DNA of 64,000 bases from a virus, in IMG/VR virus record IMGVR_UViG_3300045988_118131; one strand, written 5' to 3'. The position numbers were made by a program, and so were the translations under genes. Shown in pieces: positions 1 to 14,194 of this stretch. The notes beneath the pieces were generated by a model. It was not told the DNA's origin. It searched no databases and saw only the letters and a program-made list of their open reading frames with translations. The stretch's first letter is position 1. Every line of letters begins with the position of its first letter.

Positions 1-981
1 ATCAGATTCCTTGTTAAGAGATGCTGGCAAACTTAATTTACGTTTCTTTGTAACTGTAGTTTTAGCATTAGCATAATCCTGAATAAGATTAAAAACTCCC
101 TCTACAGGATCTTGACCAGATGCAGCTGCCTTAGCAGCTAAAAACTTTTTATAGTTATCCGGAAGAGATTTATACAAATAATTTTTTGCAGCTTCTAATT
201 GAGCTAAGTTAGTTTCATCTGTTATATTTTCTTCTACAACTCCTTGTTGTAGCAATTCTAATCCCTTTTTTACGTTTCCTAATTCTGAACCTGGTATAAA
301 CTGGTTATATTCACTTGAAGTTTTACCAGCTTCGTTTATAACAGTTCTTATATATTCGTCAATCTCCTTACTTCCAACAGCATTTTCTAGTATATTAAAT
401 ATATTAGTGTCGTAAGCTAAGTTAGAATTATTCATCCTAAGATTAGCTAATTCAGCATTAGTCAGTGGTGCGTATCTATCAGAGTTTTCAGCTAATTCTG
501 TTGGACTTATTTGTTTTATTCCTCCAGCCTCATTGTCGAATGTTATGACCTTACCAAATGAAGTTACTGCAACTTCATCTAAAGCTCCTGACGTTCTAGC
601 TGCATCCACTGCTTTATCAAACATAGCTTTTCCGTTTTGTATTTGATTAATCCTAGATATTAAGGTTAATTGTTTTCTAGCTATATCAGAACTATTTAGT
701 GAGGATCCAAAAGGATTAGCTTCTAAAGGATTTGAGTACATAGAATTAACTTCTGATACAAATCTATTTACATCGCTAGTTAATCCCTTGCCCATCAAAG
801 CCTTTATCATATCATCTGACAATATACCCCCCGGTTGTTCTCCAGTGGGCACTCCAGTTTTACCACTTCCGGCTGTTTGAGCTGTTTGTGGTATATAAGG
901 AGTATAGTCTAAAAATCCATATGCTTGAGCAGAGGAGCCTAACGCTCCTCCCTCTTGCATTTTTCTAATATTTAATTTCAT
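1..981 (-). CDS. hypothetical virion-associated protein, C-terminus outside window (N-terminus MKLNIRKMQEGG)
   Basis: ATG at 981-979 overlaps the upstream TAA (TAATG). The frame stays open, with no TAA/TAG/TGA, down to position 1. It is missing from the ORF track only because no stop lies in the window. Confidence 0.6.
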   Translation of the reverse strand, partial: MKLNIRKMQEGGALGSSAQAYGFLDYTPYIPQTAQTAGSGKTGVPTGEQPGGILSDDMIKALMGKGLTSDVNRFVSEVNSMYSNPLEANPFGSSLNSSDIARKQLTLISRINQIQNGKAMFDKAVDAARTSGALDEVAVTSFGKVITFDNEAGGIKQISPTELAENSDRYAPLTNAELANLRMNNSNLAYDTNIFNILENAVGSKEIDEYIRTVINEAGKTSSEYNQFIPGSELGNVKKGLELLQQGVVEENITDETNLAQLEAAKNYLYKSLPDNYKKFLAAKAAASGQDPVEGVFNLIQDYANAKTTVTKKRKLSLPASLNKESD

Positions 982-3752
982 TACAGTTTTAAACTATTCT
1001 TAATTAGTGATGCAGAATAATTAGAAATTCCTCTTATAGTTTTATTACCCTCTGTTATAGACAGCCTTAGTAATTTATTAAACTCTTTCTTGTCCTGAAG
1101 TAATTTCTTATTATATTCTCTTATATTCTGTAGTGCTACCCTCTCTCCAAAGCTTAGAGAACCGCCCTTCTTAAGAAATACAGAAGGTTTTCGTCTTCTA
1201 GCCATAATATCCTCATAGCCGCGATTTGTTATTTCTCTGGCTTTCTCGGTCATAGCTCTTCTTATTCTAAGTTGCTCCTCTGGAGTTTTAGCATTTGCTA
1301 GTTGGATTTCATATGGAGATAGCTCATTATTATATATTTGGCTCCATTTATTTCTAGTCGTTTCTAAATCTAGATTTCTATTCCACTCATTAATCCCTTC
1401 CAGCCTTTGCTGTTTACCGAATAGCCAATTAGCCAAATTTTGACCTCTCTTAAGACCTTTAGCTCTTTCAAAAGCAGCTTTAGCCTCTTGAGCAGATGCC
1501 ATTCTAAGTTTATTTTGATTGGCGTTTTGGATTCTAGATAGCGTATTGGTATTTTGAACTTCTTGTGCCCTCTGGGAAGTTGTATTATAGGTATCCAAAT
1601 TGGCTAATCTCCCTCTTTCTTCCTGACCTACTGCAGCGGATTCAGCCTCTAGTTGTTGTGCAAAGTTTCTAACTGAATCACTTGTAGCAGCTCTAGCTCC
1701 AAGTCTTCTAAACTTATTAGCTGCATTTTGATAAAACATCTCCATAGGGAGATTATATTGAACCTTAGAATATAGTGTGGGAGCGTCAGTTAGAGCAATT
1801 TGTGGGTTATACTTTTGTCTATTATTGAACCATTGAGTGAGTCCAAATCTTAAATCGCCTATATTTTCTGAAGATAGTCTTATGTTAGGAAGTTTAGATG
1901 GATTTATTTCATTTCCAGAAATATCTTTAATTTTCGAAAACGTTTCAGAAGTTGAACCATTTAAAGAAGAATTATCCAAATTTGGCTGAATGTTCTCTTT
2001 AGATGGTTGCTGAGCCATTGGTCTTATTCTCCATCCTCCATGAGTTGCTTTATAAAACTTCAACCCATTTTTATTAAGCTCTGTATTGTATAGTTGAGCT
2101 ATTTCATCAGATATTCCTCTACCTAAAGTTCTTTGTATAGTCATATTTCCGAATCTTCCATCTTCTCCCAGGTTTGGTCTATCTCCGCTATTTCCAACTC
2201 CAGTAAATCCTTTGAATATGGGATTATTAAGACCTCTAGAGTTTCATACAAATTGCATTCTTTTAGTTTTGGGATCGAACTTTATATTGCTTAGAGATTG
2301 TGTTCCCCAGTTATTCAAACTTCCTTCTCCATAAGTGCTTGTATAATTATTATCGTAGAGATCTTCATACCCATTAAACTGCGTATAATTATCTCTATTT
2401 AGACTTCTAAGATAATTTAGTGTTTCTTCTGATTTCAACAAGTCTCTATCTCTATTATAAGAAGAATTCATAGAAGTATTTCTAATACTTTTAGCGGCTG
2501 GATTATATAAAGCTGCTCCACTCTGAGCTTTCACAATTCCTCCATTTTTATAATAATAACTAGGCTTTTCTTGTTTTTTAATAAAAAAGTCTATAAACAA
2601 GTCCTTTATCTTATTAGCTACAGCATTAGTTGCTTCAATTCTCTTATCCTGAAGACTACCCTTTTCTATTATAGGTTGTCCTGGAATTACTCAATTACCT
2701 ATTTTAAGAGGCGGTCTGATTTGAATGTTTTTGTGATTTGGAGTTCAAGGTTCAGATATTCCAGATACTGAAGATTCTCTAAATAAGTCTCTAATAGTGG
2801 CTTTAGTTTCTTCTTTTTTAGCTGCTTCCTCAGCTTGTTTACGTTCTAATTCCTCCATTTTGGCTAAATGTTCTGGAGAATCTTCTTCTGCTATACGTTC
2901 AGATTCTGTCATTTCTCCTAATTCATCCTCCAATTGTTGAGTTTTAATACGAGCCTGCTCTTCAGCTGCTTGTCTTTGCTCTGGTGTCATTCTAGAATAA
3001 TCGTAATCAGCTTTGTTCATAAATAATGAATATAAGTCAGCTTCTCCAACATTGTACAAAGATTGTTTTAAAGAATCTAAGTTCTTAGATTTCAAAGCCG
3101 CCTCAACTTCAGCAAGAGCATTTAAGTATTCATTTTTATCTTTAAATGAAGTTGATGAAAAATCATAATCTCCAGTTAGAGATTCTCTATAATTGTTTAA
3201 AGCATTTAAAGCAGTATCTCATTTATTTTCATTTGCATACCAAATTTCTTTTTCTGCATCTGATTCATTATTATCTTTAAATATATTTTTTCTAAGTTGT
3301 TTTCCATATCCGTAAGTAAAAGATTGCTTTGCAGTATTAGGAATATCTTCTTGACTACTGTTATGTGGAGATAATGAATTAAATACATTATTAAAATATG
3401 CTAAAGCTATTCTCTTCTTGTCTCCTCTTATTTTTCCAAATAAGCCTCTTCTAGCTGGATTACTATCTGTGATAAGTGACTCATCCGAAACAGCATATGT
3501 TCCGTCTACATTTCTTCTAATTTTTCCTTCTTTAAATCCCTGTAAATAAGAGTTCAAGTATCCTCGTATTTCTTCTGCATCCTTACCCTCTATGCCTTGT
3601 TTTTGTAGGTAAGAATCAAAGTTATTATTCATAACTGCATTTTCAAAATCAGAGTATTTATATTGATTAGAACCCCAAATTACTGGATTTTCTTTAAGTT
3701 TATTAGAATCAACCTTATCACCGTTAGCTAATTTTAATATTGCTTGTGACAT
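981..3752 (-). CDS. large hypothetical structural or ejected protein (~923 aa), TGA read-through
   Basis: Track ORFs 981..2144, 2244..2600, 2745..3095 and 3219..3776 share one frame. The gaps contain only TGA (3219, 2745, 2691, 2244) and no TAA/TAG. ATG at 3752, TAA at 981-983. Contains NGGIVKAQSG motif. Confidence 0.7.
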
Positions 3753-3815
3753 TTTTATATAACAAAAAGGGAACATACAGATTACCTTCTATATGCTCCC
3801 TATTAAATTTTAGGA

Positions 3816-4139
3816 CTAGTTTTTAATTCTACCAACAAATTTTCCGCCTTTTCTATAGACTGGTTCCCCCTGTGGAGCAGTTTCAGGTCCACCAGCTTCT
3901 CCAGCCATCTGTTGAACTAACTGTAGGAAACCTTGACACACTTCTAATGCCATTTGTCCGTCATTATTCTGTAATGCTTGAGCAGCCATTTGTGCTAACA
4001 TTAGTAGAGCATCATCTTCTCCTTGAGGTGTGTTTCCGCCTTCAGCCGTATTTCCAGCAGGAGCTGCACTAGTATCGTTTGTTTGTGCTCCCATCGGTCC
4101 ACCTTCCTGTAAAAATTGTACATTTGTTTTAATTTTCAT
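3816..4139 (-). CDS. small Gly/Ala/Gln-rich protein with N-terminal FLQEGG motif
   Basis: Track ORF. TAG stop at 3816 is followed one codon later by in-frame TAA (3810-3812). Confidence 0.6.
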   Translation of the reverse strand: MKIKTNVQFLQEGGPMGAQTNDTSAAPAGNTAEGGNTPQGEDDALLMLAQMAAQALQNNDGQMALEVCQGFLQLVQQMAGEAGGPETAPQGEPVYRKGGKFVGRIKN

Positions 4140-4184
4140 ATACTTAACAATTAATTAATTATTTAGTTTCATCTAGTAAATATG

Positions 4185-4192
4185 CAAATTTA
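4185..4192 (-). promoter_or_regulatory. candidate Bacteroidota-type -7 box (TAAATTTG on minus strand)
   Basis: Matches TAnnTTTG about 45 nt upstream of the 4139 start, in a 120-nt AT-rich intergenic gap. Confidence 0.3.
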
Positions 4193-4260
4193 CAACAATA
4201 GTTGCATATTTAAAAATATTTTTATAATTTTAAAGGAAATCAATTTTATATAGACTATTA

Positions 4261-4830
4261 CTAATCTTTTTTGTTTTCTGGAGAGTCTACGTACTCAGGT
4301 TCGTTTGAATCTTGTATATCTAGAAATTTAAACATCTTTTTTCCTAAGGCTCTAAAGTGTTTATCATCCTTAGATGCATCTGCCTTTTTAGCCATTTTTA
4401 TTAGAGCTACAGTATTCTTTCTACTGAATATTCTAGCTCCATTTTCTAACTCATATTGTATAGACCCATCTGGAGCTATAACCTTCAGGTTAGAATCATC
4501 ACTATCTAATTCTAATTCGTCTCCTTCTTCTATTCCGGAGTTTACGTTAACTTCTAAAACATACTTTACATTATCTTCTTTAGCTATATCTAAATTTCCA
4601 GGCTCACCTTGATATATTGAAATGACCTCTCCGTCCTGATCTATAAAGATAATATCTAGAGGAATAAGGGTGTCCTTCATTCAGAATCCTACTGTTTTAG
4701 GTTCATCGTATATAAATAACATTCCTTCATCATCCTCTAACTTAGAAACACCCTGTAGACCTTTCAACTTGTCCTCTTCAGATTCTACTAGTCTTACGTT
4801 ATATTCTTTGTCTCCTATTTCTATTTTCAT
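4261..4830 (-). CDS. DUF192-family protein
   Basis: GMLFIYDEPKTVGF-W-MKDTLIPLDIIFID fits the DUF192 core (GMLF...FWMKNT..PLD). The conserved Trp is the in-frame TGA at 4681-4683. ATG at 4830 (TAATG overlap). TAG at 4261 is directly followed by TAA at 4258-4260. Confidence 0.7.
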
Positions 4831-6383
4831 TACTCTACCTCATTTAAAAGTCCTGTATTATCCTGTGTATTATATAATATCTCTTGAACTAGTAATTTTC
4901 CTGCTTCTATAGCTATTGCGTCTTTTTCTTTAGATGAAGATTCATCATCAGAATATTTGTCTCTAAGTTTTTCTAATTTTTCAGTAATCTCCCTTGTAAA
5001 AATAATTTCATTCTTCTCTATTTCAGCAACTTGTTTTATTCCATTTTCCCCTTCTACGATTACTGGAATACCTTTTTTTGTTATTTTTCCATCTAATTCT
5101 GGAGCATCTATATTATGCTTTCTAGCATGTAAAGCGCCTTCAGGAATTATATTAACTTTACCTCCTTTTTCAAATTTTTCAAAGAATTTAGGTCAGCCTT
5201 TCTTATATTCTTTGGCGAATATAATGGCTTCTTCTGGAGTCATTTTTAAATAGTTTCCTGTTTCTATAGCTCTATTTATAGCATCTTTGTGATTAAAGAA
5301 TTTAAGTTCTCCATCAACTTCCTGAATACGAGGAATAACATATTCTCCAGCTGATTCTAAATAATGACTACCTTTAGCTGTATTTCCATCATCGTCAACA
5401 AATTCAATTCCTCTTGGAGCTTCTGATAATCTTTGAATAAATCTTGGATTACTTTTTTTAGCAAAATTTATAAGTTCCTCTATAGAACGAGGTTTACCTC
5501 CTTGCTGAAGTTTTTTTGGAGATTCTTCTTTTAAATGGTTAAGAACTTTATGTGCAAACGATAAATCATAAGACATCTTAGCTCCAGACTTTCCAAATCT
5601 AATTCCATTATTTTGTTGTCAACCTCCAGACATGTTTAGATTATATCTATTTGCTAAGTTTTGTATCGAGCCGGCTGCTGCTTCTTGATCTGTTTTTGCT
5701 GATTTAAGAATACCTTCAGATTTAGTCCTTTGCTGCTCTCTTTCCGCTACTTTTTTGGCATATCTTTTACCTGCTCCAATACCAAATAGTCCAAACTTTT
5801 TAGAATCTAACTTATCTAGTCCTCCATATGAAGAAGAACTATCAGTCAATTCTTTAGCTGTATTACCTTTAACGTTCGGACCTATTGAAGTAATCAATGT
5901 ACCAAGAACTTTGGCGCCTGCTCCCACTAAACCACCTACTGGTCCAAATGCGGAGGCTATATCTCCTATAGTATCCATCGCTTGACCAGTTATTTGACTT
6001 CCTTTGTCTTCTGCCTGTGGAGTTAAAGATTTTATTACTCCAGTAGCTATATTTGTTCCTGATAGTAGTCCTGCCCCACTTTTCTTTAGAAATCCACTTA
6101 GATTTCCTATTTTATTAGCACTAGCTGTAGTAGAAGTTTTCCCGAAAGAATCTACCTGTGCCTTGATCTGTTCAGGAGTAGCCATTCCTGGTATTGGGTT
6201 ATTCAAATAAGATCGTTTTCTATTAATATTATCCACAATCCCTTGACCGTAATTCTTAAATTGGTTAGCAAAATCTAAAGATGCTGGCACAGTATAAGCT
6301 AATGGAGCAGGATTTCCAGAAAGTGTTGTAATTTGATTAAAGGGAGGAATTCCTCCTCCCTGTAATTTTTTAATTTTATGCAT
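4830..6383 (-). CDS. hypothetical structural/cargo protein (517 aa) with repeated QGG/KGG motifs
   Basis: Track ORFs 5619..6383 and 5193..5576, plus the open frame down to TAA 4830-4832, form one frame. In-frame TGA at 5619 and 5193. Motifs MHKIKKLQGGG, KKLQQGGK, FEKGGK. Confidence 0.7.
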
Positions 6384-9300
6384 AACTTATAGAATATATA
6401 GTTCTTAAAGCTGAAATTATAGCTTTATCTTCTCCACTATATCTAACTTTAATCCTAATATACTTATCTCTAATTCTTGTTTCTTTTCTAGAAGTTCAAC
6501 CATCTAAAGGTAATGTCACATCCGTAATATCGTATTGACTAGGAAGATCCTCTGAGCTTATTTCATCCTTTTCTATATCATTTGGAATATTGTTTAATAT
6601 AATCTGTGGAACTTTATTCCACTTAGACTCATTCTTTTGAACATAGTTTATAGGGCGTATTTCAACTTCTCATATGTCTTCTTTATATTGCATATTACCT
6701 CTCAGTCTTCCAACTTCTGTTAAATCAGCTCCCTTGCAATGAGTAACTAAAGAATATTCTCCTAAATTGTCATCATAAACTACTTCCGTTCCTGTCATAT
6801 TCTGATAGTCTTTATTAAAAGCTGATTGCTTTTGCTGATAATTATCATAAATCTTATCAAAAGTATCAATTCTTTCATAATACCACGGAAATAGAGTAGA
6901 TGGAGATTTTTGATCTAATTTAGTATCAGTATAATTTCTATTAAATATAATATCTGAACCTAAATTTTGATATAGTTCTTTTGTAGCCTCTTGTCTATAA
7001 TATATATTAGGTTTATCTTTAGCAAATCCATATACCTCTCCAACTATTTGATAATGGAAAGATTCTGGTTTAACCTTGTTAGATATTATGTTTAAATTTT
7101 CAAATATCTTATGTATTCCCGGATTGTCATTTACTATAAACTCAAATTCAAATGGATGTTGTTTTCCATACCAGAAACAAGGTTTCAATTTTTCTTGAAC
7201 ATCTATGATTCCAGCTTTTCCATGTTTCCAAAAATCTGTAGTAAGATTAATTAATCTTCCAGACTCATCTGTTGCATTGACAAAACTAGAGTCTACTACA
7301 GCTATAGTATCGCTAAATTGACCTCTATTTACAGTTATATATTCCTTCCAGCCATTTAAATGCTGAGACAGATTTGGATCTTTAGAAACTTCTTCTGAAT
7401 TTAAATCACAGTAAATGTCTAAGTATATTACTTTATCTCTCGGATAATCCTCTTTAGCATATAGTTTATTATCTTCTATGTAGAAATATTTAGAGAATAT
7501 ATTCTTCTGTAGGGAGAACTTAAACAGTAAATTAGAATCTACTTTAGTAGAAGTATTTAGAATATTATCCTTTAAAACTCTGTTAATAATGTTTAGATTT
7601 CCTACAAATCCAGGGGATTGTATCATAACATTATCTAATACTATTCCATCTCCAGACATTTCTGAGTCTATACTACTTATAGAATATTGTTCGCCAGTCA
7701 TTCCTAGTTTAGCAATGGCTTTGGAAGTATCTCTATTAAAACTAAAGAATATATTATCTATGTTTCCAGAGTATGAAGGAACCCAAGAATACTGAGTTAC
7801 CCATTTTCCTAATACTTCACTAAAACATATATTCCATACGTTCTCTTCTATTCCATATAAATTGTCATAGAATGTAAACATTACATCTTGTTTATAAGCA
7901 TTGTAATGAGTTTTTACATTTCTAATTCCTATAATTGGAGTTTTCTCTCTTTCCTTTAGAGTAATATTGTCATTTAAATACCTTTGTATTTTAAAATCAG
8001 AAATAACTTCAAAGGTTTCTCCATTAGTTCTCCATATTTTCTTAGCAACAGTATCTACTCCATACATGAAATTTGGAGTAAGTATCACGCTCTCTGGTCA
8101 CATACTTCCATAATTAGTAGATAGCATTCTAGGATTCAGTGGCAGAACATTAGCTGTATTAATAAAGGCTGGGCCTCCAGCACCTTCTCCAGATACTACT
8201 CTTTCATTTACTGGAATCAAAGCAACTCCATGTTCAAATACACACAATATATTTCCAGAGAAAGATTTAAGACTTACTATAGAACCGTGCTCTCTAGTGT
8301 AATCTTGAAATTGAGTAGATTTAAATACCCTATATCCATTTTTAAATGCATCATTTACAAATATGTCAGAATATAGTATTCTATTATCAAATTCATTTTT
8401 TAGATATGGAACATTAGGCATTACATAATTGTATCTATATGACAATGTACTTGCCTGCCCAGAGTTATATAAACTAGATTCTGGAATTTTAGATTCTCCT
8501 GTTCAACTTAATTCATATAATGGATGGAAAGCTCTAGGTCTCCCTGTTAATCCCAACTCATTATAATAATTATTATCAACGTCTCTTAAACTAAGATTTA
8601 TATTTGCTAAACATTTGAAAGTTGCTCAGTGTCCTATTTCTACAGCATTAACATCTCCTCTATTTATATCTCCATTCTTTTCATTGTCGTCTATACTATA
8701 ATTTTCTTTTCATGTAGTTTCATCTACTATAAGGTCATTGACTGGAGCTTCTGGGTCTTGGAAATTACGTTGCATTCTGTGAGTAAAGTTTCCAATATAG
8801 CAATCTCCTCTATAACATACAATATTTCCTACTGTTCTATCAGATAAATCTACACGCTCACTAATAGCAATAAATGGAGTTTCATCAGTGAACCTTATTC
8901 TAAAATACTGATCCATTCTGGAGTCATTGTATTCAGGAACTCTAATATTTATAATATTATTGTATCCATTGAAATCCTCTATTCCAATATAAGTTCCAAA
9001 ATTACCTCTCACAACATTAGTTGCAGCAGTATCTAAAGAGTCCTTACTCATATAAGAAAGCCTCCAAGCTTCTTCCCCCTCTCCAGCTCTAGCAGAGAAC
9101 TTCTGTGTACCAGAAGTAGTCATTTTTGTACCATCCTCTACTAAAGTTATTCTAATTCCTTGAATAGCTTTTATCTGCTCACCTAAATCTCGATATTTAT
9201 TAATGTAAAAATGACGCTGATCAAAATCTTGAGCTGATAGATTTTCAGATGGCTGATTTGGAGCTTTAGTTATTGTAAACTCACTTCCAGTAAATAACTG

Positions 9301-10947
9301 ATTAAAGAATGGAAGTTTTAATTCTGCTTCTGGACATATGGCAGCCTCAGTTCTAACATTACTAGATAATAGAATACGTTTATTAAAATCATGGGTTAAT
9401 AATCTATTAGAATCTATAAAAGATTCTACAAAACCTTGACCCTTTTTATATTCTATACAAGGCAAATGAGAATTTTGGTCTAGATATACAGTAAGTGCCT
9501 GAGCTAGGATAGTAGGGATTCTCTTTTGTCTTACAATAAAAAATCCTCTACAATATTTTTTTAGCTCTTCTAGAACATCCAAGTTAAATTTAAATTCTAT
9601 ACCTATTGGGTTAATAGAATCTGAGTGTATAGGATTAATGTTTTCATCAATTCTAACAGTTCCCTTTACATTTTCTAAGGTATCACCATTTAAAAGGAAT
9701 GTATCTTCATTAATTTCAATATAGTTTCTAGCTCCATTTTCATATAGAGGGATATCTGTAAAATTATTTTCTATATTTAAATTATTTATTCCTCTGGTAT
9801 CAAAAGCTGGAGATAGTGAATAATCTTTCATTATAAAGACTGCAGAAAATCTATATATTTCTCCAGGTCAGTATCCTAGTTTATAATATATATTTCAAGG
9901 ATTGTAATATTCATATAAATTAGTTTTATCTTTATATTCATAATCAACATATCCTATAGAGTCTCCATTGTAAACATGTGGAATAAATCTTAATGCTAAG
10001 TCTCTTAATTCTTTGTAGGGAATTTCAGGTCTAGATAGATTTCCTAAAAATAACCTATTTTGGCACTGAGCTTGGGTTTTAACCGTACTTGCCAAAAAGT
10101 ATTGAGCATTTATGTCTTCTAAGTTAATATCTATTTCAGGATCGTATCCAGATAATACTATTTCACATGATGAAGATTTAATAACAAAATCTCTGTCTAT
10201 TTTTACAGCTTTAGTTACTAAAACGCCATCGGGACCAGACGTAGTTCTAGTATAATATACTTTTACATAGTCGTAAGCTGTATCTATATTAGTAACCCTT
10301 AACTTTATTAATTTATTACTATTCTCGTCCATTAAACCTCCTCTAATAGAAGTAGGAGAATTGACAGACCCAATATAGCAACAAACGGTTCCAGATTCTG
10401 CTATGAAATCAGTTTCATTTCCATCTACATCAGAAAGAGTAAAATAGAAGTTATAATTTCCAACCTTATTTACACCTCCAGATTCTACCCCCTCAAATAT
10501 AACTTGAGGTATTTTGGTAATTCTTTTGTATAAAGATGTATCTAATTCAAACTGAACTGGATCATTTCTATATATATTAGTATTATTATTTTTATATCTT
10601 TCTATTATCTTGTATGTATTGTTTTCCAGACAAGTAAATCTGGAGTTTATCATCTTAGGAGTATTTACATCATCGTTCAATATTAAATTCACAGTTCCAT
10701 CATATGACGGTTGACATTCAATATTTACTGGATGATGTAAACTAAATTGAAGAAGATTAGTATCAAAATCTACCAATTCTCCTTTTATATGGTCTGAGCT
10801 ACTTTCAACTACTCTTAAATTTCTAAATGGGTTATATTCATAGGCTAAGTTTCCCTCTTGATTTAATTTATTAAACTTTACCTTAAATACCTGACTGAAA
10901 TTTATAGAAGTAGTAGAAATTGCTACTCCAGATTGTACAACTCTCAT
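6376..10947 (-). CDS. very large virion (tail/baseplate-like) protein, 1523 aa
   Basis: Track ORFs 9895..10947, 8710..9831, 8098..8445 and 6670..8088 are all in one frame. I translated every gap and found only TGA (9895, 9868, 8710, 8626, 8503, 8098, 6670, 6496). TAA at 6376-6378. Confidence 0.75.
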
Positions 10948-10948
10948 A

Positions 10949-13900
10949 TTATTGCCAAGCTTTTAATTTTGGATAAATTGTTGCACTTAAGTCTATATCA
11001 AATGCAGACCTATCTTGTTTTATACCAGTTTTGTTTCTAACATTATGGGTTGCAGCAGAATTTATGTATATTAAAGGTCTAGAAGATTTAGCAGTTCTTC
11101 TAATTTTAAAGAAATCAGATTTAACAGACATAGTTTCACCATCAGGATATGTAAATTTCCCATCAAATGGAATATATTTTCCATTGGAATGTACATATAT
11201 AGTGTCTTCTTTATATGGCGATTCAGATAGATTGCCTTCCGGATCTACTGTTATAGATTCAAGCTCCTCTGCAGATGAGGCTTTACTAAAAGCAGAATAC
11301 CATTTTTCCATTGATACTGTAGATCCTAAACTATAACTTATAGTATAATCTAAATCATTAACAGTTTTTATATTAGTATGTATGATTAAATTATTATCTA
11401 GAGAATCTCCAATATCAGTATATTGAGGTAATAATCTAGCTATCTCTGCTTTAACATCTGTAGGATTAAAATTAATTTTAGTATTTCCGTTACTATAAGT
11501 TATTAGATTACGAGGAATGTCTTTTCTATTGTATTCATATGTATTTAATATAATACCGTATTTATATATAATTTTAAAATCCTCATTGAAAGTTCCGTGA
11601 TAAACTATAGTATCAGAATTTGGAACTTTAATATTGTTTACAGTGACTTTACTACTTTCTAATGTATACAGATTATGAAGCAGATTATAAATAATATCGG
11701 TAGTAGTTAATCTATTAACTTTTCCTTGTTGGGGATATTCATAGATACAATTTTCTACCTCAAACTTATTTACATTTATGCCATGATCATTATATCTCCA
11801 AGCTATAACTCCTCCTAAATTTATAACTCTAAAACTATAATCACTAATTTTTCAAGCTACTAATAAAGCATCAGCTCTAGCGTGAGTACTAGGATCATCC
11901 TCTCTATATACTTGCCAACTAGGATTAAGAGACTTTCCCTTAATAAACCAACCATCATCCATATCATATCCAGTAGAATCTATTGTAACATATACTATAG
12001 GATGCTTTAATTGAAAATTATTATAACTATTTATTTTTTCATTATTACAAGCACTATCTAGATCTTTTGACAATTTCTCTGCATCACCTGTAGGAGGAAG
12101 TCCAGGATCTCCTGTAAGTTCAGTATAATAAAATCCATAATCATTATGTCTTTGAAAAGGTAGAGCTCCATTATATTCTACATGGTCATGGTTTCCAGAA
12201 GTCATAATATTTGGAGAACCTACAACGCTAGCAGAAATATATTCACTCAAATCAGCAGTATCTCTAACAACTCTAGTCAATTGCATAGCTTCTAGTTCTG
12301 TAGACTGTTCTGCCACCCCAGTAGCCATAATTCCTCTTCTAATATAACCATTTATATGGGTAGAATATGTATTATCCTGTAATTCAAGTTTTGTTTCTTC
12401 TATATTACCTCTCCAGTTTTCTCCAAATTCAGCTTTCATTGCATTTTCTAATGCATCTTTATTTTCTATAGAAGATCCTAAGTACTGAGGAGAATCTTTT
12501 ACAGTATACGAATAAGTGTCATTCATTTTTATTACTAATCCATAGTCTTCATCATTTTCATTTATAGTAGCTTTCCAATTTAGTTCTCCAAATTGATTAT
12601 CATCAACTAAAGTTGGAATTAATTTAAATGTACCACTAACACTATAGATAGTAGATGCTCCAGCATATACTTTATCTCCTTCTTTTATTTGACTCATAAT
12701 TTTGCTCATATTAGGAGTAGGCAATGGAGTAACTTCAGCATTTTCTAAGTTAGTTTCTATTTCGTAATCTATAGTAACTGGATAATTCAGTTCAGCAAAA
12801 TCCTTAGTTTCATACTTAATGAAGTTTTCGTTAAATACTCCAGTTGTAAATACCATTTTGTAATATCTCTTTGGACTAACTTTACCTCCAGACCTATTTA
12901 CAAAATTTATATCAATAACTACAAAGTAAAAATGATCTTTCTTTAACCCGTATACTGTTTTACTATTTATAAATGGTATTTTTTCAGAAAAATTACCGTT
13001 ATAGTTATCTTTTGATCCACAAGTATAATACTCATGTGTTCCATCAGGAGCTGCAAATTTAACTGGAGCCAATCTAGGTTCCATCATATCATGAAAAGTA
13101 AATTTTACTTCGCTTACTTTTAAGAACTTTATAACATCAAAATCAAGCCCCCAGTTTACTTTTAAGTAATCTCTATCAGCATAATATCTCCACTCAGTTA
13201 GCTCGCAGAAACCAGTTCCTAAAGCACTAAAATCAATAATTCCAGATACAGCAAATGATGATAATTCTCCATATTTACAAATAGGAATTATTTTGTAGTC
13301 TAGAATATCAGTTTTCCTTAAATCAGCCAATTCTATATACAACCCAGGAGTAGTAGAGTATATTGGGTTATTGTTTAAGTTAGAGGTTAATTTAAACTGT
13401 TCAGCATGAATATTAGATTCTGTAGTATAACTTCCCTGAAAGGATAACCCAAATTCTGGATTAGTATTGGAGATACTATCCCCCTGCCCATCTACTGAGA
13501 GCAGTTTTATATCCCTAGAAATGTTAAACGTGTCAATAGTTAATAGTTCTACTATTATAGTTAAATATCCAGATGTCTTACTTGTAAATACTTGTCATTT
13601 AGTACTAGTTTCGATATCGTTTGTATCTATAATATAAGGGCTTTCTAAATCCTCTTCTATGTATGTTATATTGTTTTCTTTGTCTACTATACCTATATGT
13701 ATCTTTAAAATTCCTTCATAAGTACCTGAAAAATACTTAGATATACCAGAGGAAGTAATTATAAACTTATCTCCTGGATTAAGTCTATATAAATTTTTCT
13801 TGTTTTCGTCATATATATCTAGTCTGATATATGCATTGCTAGTATTTATGTTTGTGCTAGTAGCAAAGTTTCTGCCTAGTTCTTCAGTACTTATTTGTCT

Positions 13901-14188
13901 TTCGGGTGAAGGAAAGCTTCCTAATTGACTTTTACCAGTCAAAGGATTGTATGAAGCCACATATATAATACCTCCATACTCAGTCATTCCGACTGGAATA
14001 TATCCAGAAGGTAATCTAGCTGTCTCTACTCGTCCATTTCCTACATCATTTTGAAGAATAAACTCATTTCCATCATAAGTTACCAACGTTGCATTTAGAG
14101 CATCTGTAAGTACATTAGCTGGAGTATTAAGCGGATGTAGATCTTTTACAAGCCCTTCTGTAAACGTATTCACTGTCTCTTTTCTCAT
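10949..14188 (-). CDS. large virion (tail-associated) protein, 1079 aa
   Basis: Track ORFs 13595..14188, 11852..13342 and 10949..11311 share a frame. The gaps are open apart from TGA at 13595 and 11852. ATG at 14188, TAA at 10949. Confidence 0.75.
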
Positions 14189-14194
14189 ATTTCT

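Noticed and set aside
3753-3776. Track start codons at 3776, 16711, 42863 and 43839, plus several TTG/GTG internal starts.
   Set aside because: They are artefacts of taking the first start after a TGA or an upstream stop. In-frame ATGs downstream (3752, 16672, 42842, 43833), or read-through from upstream, fit better.
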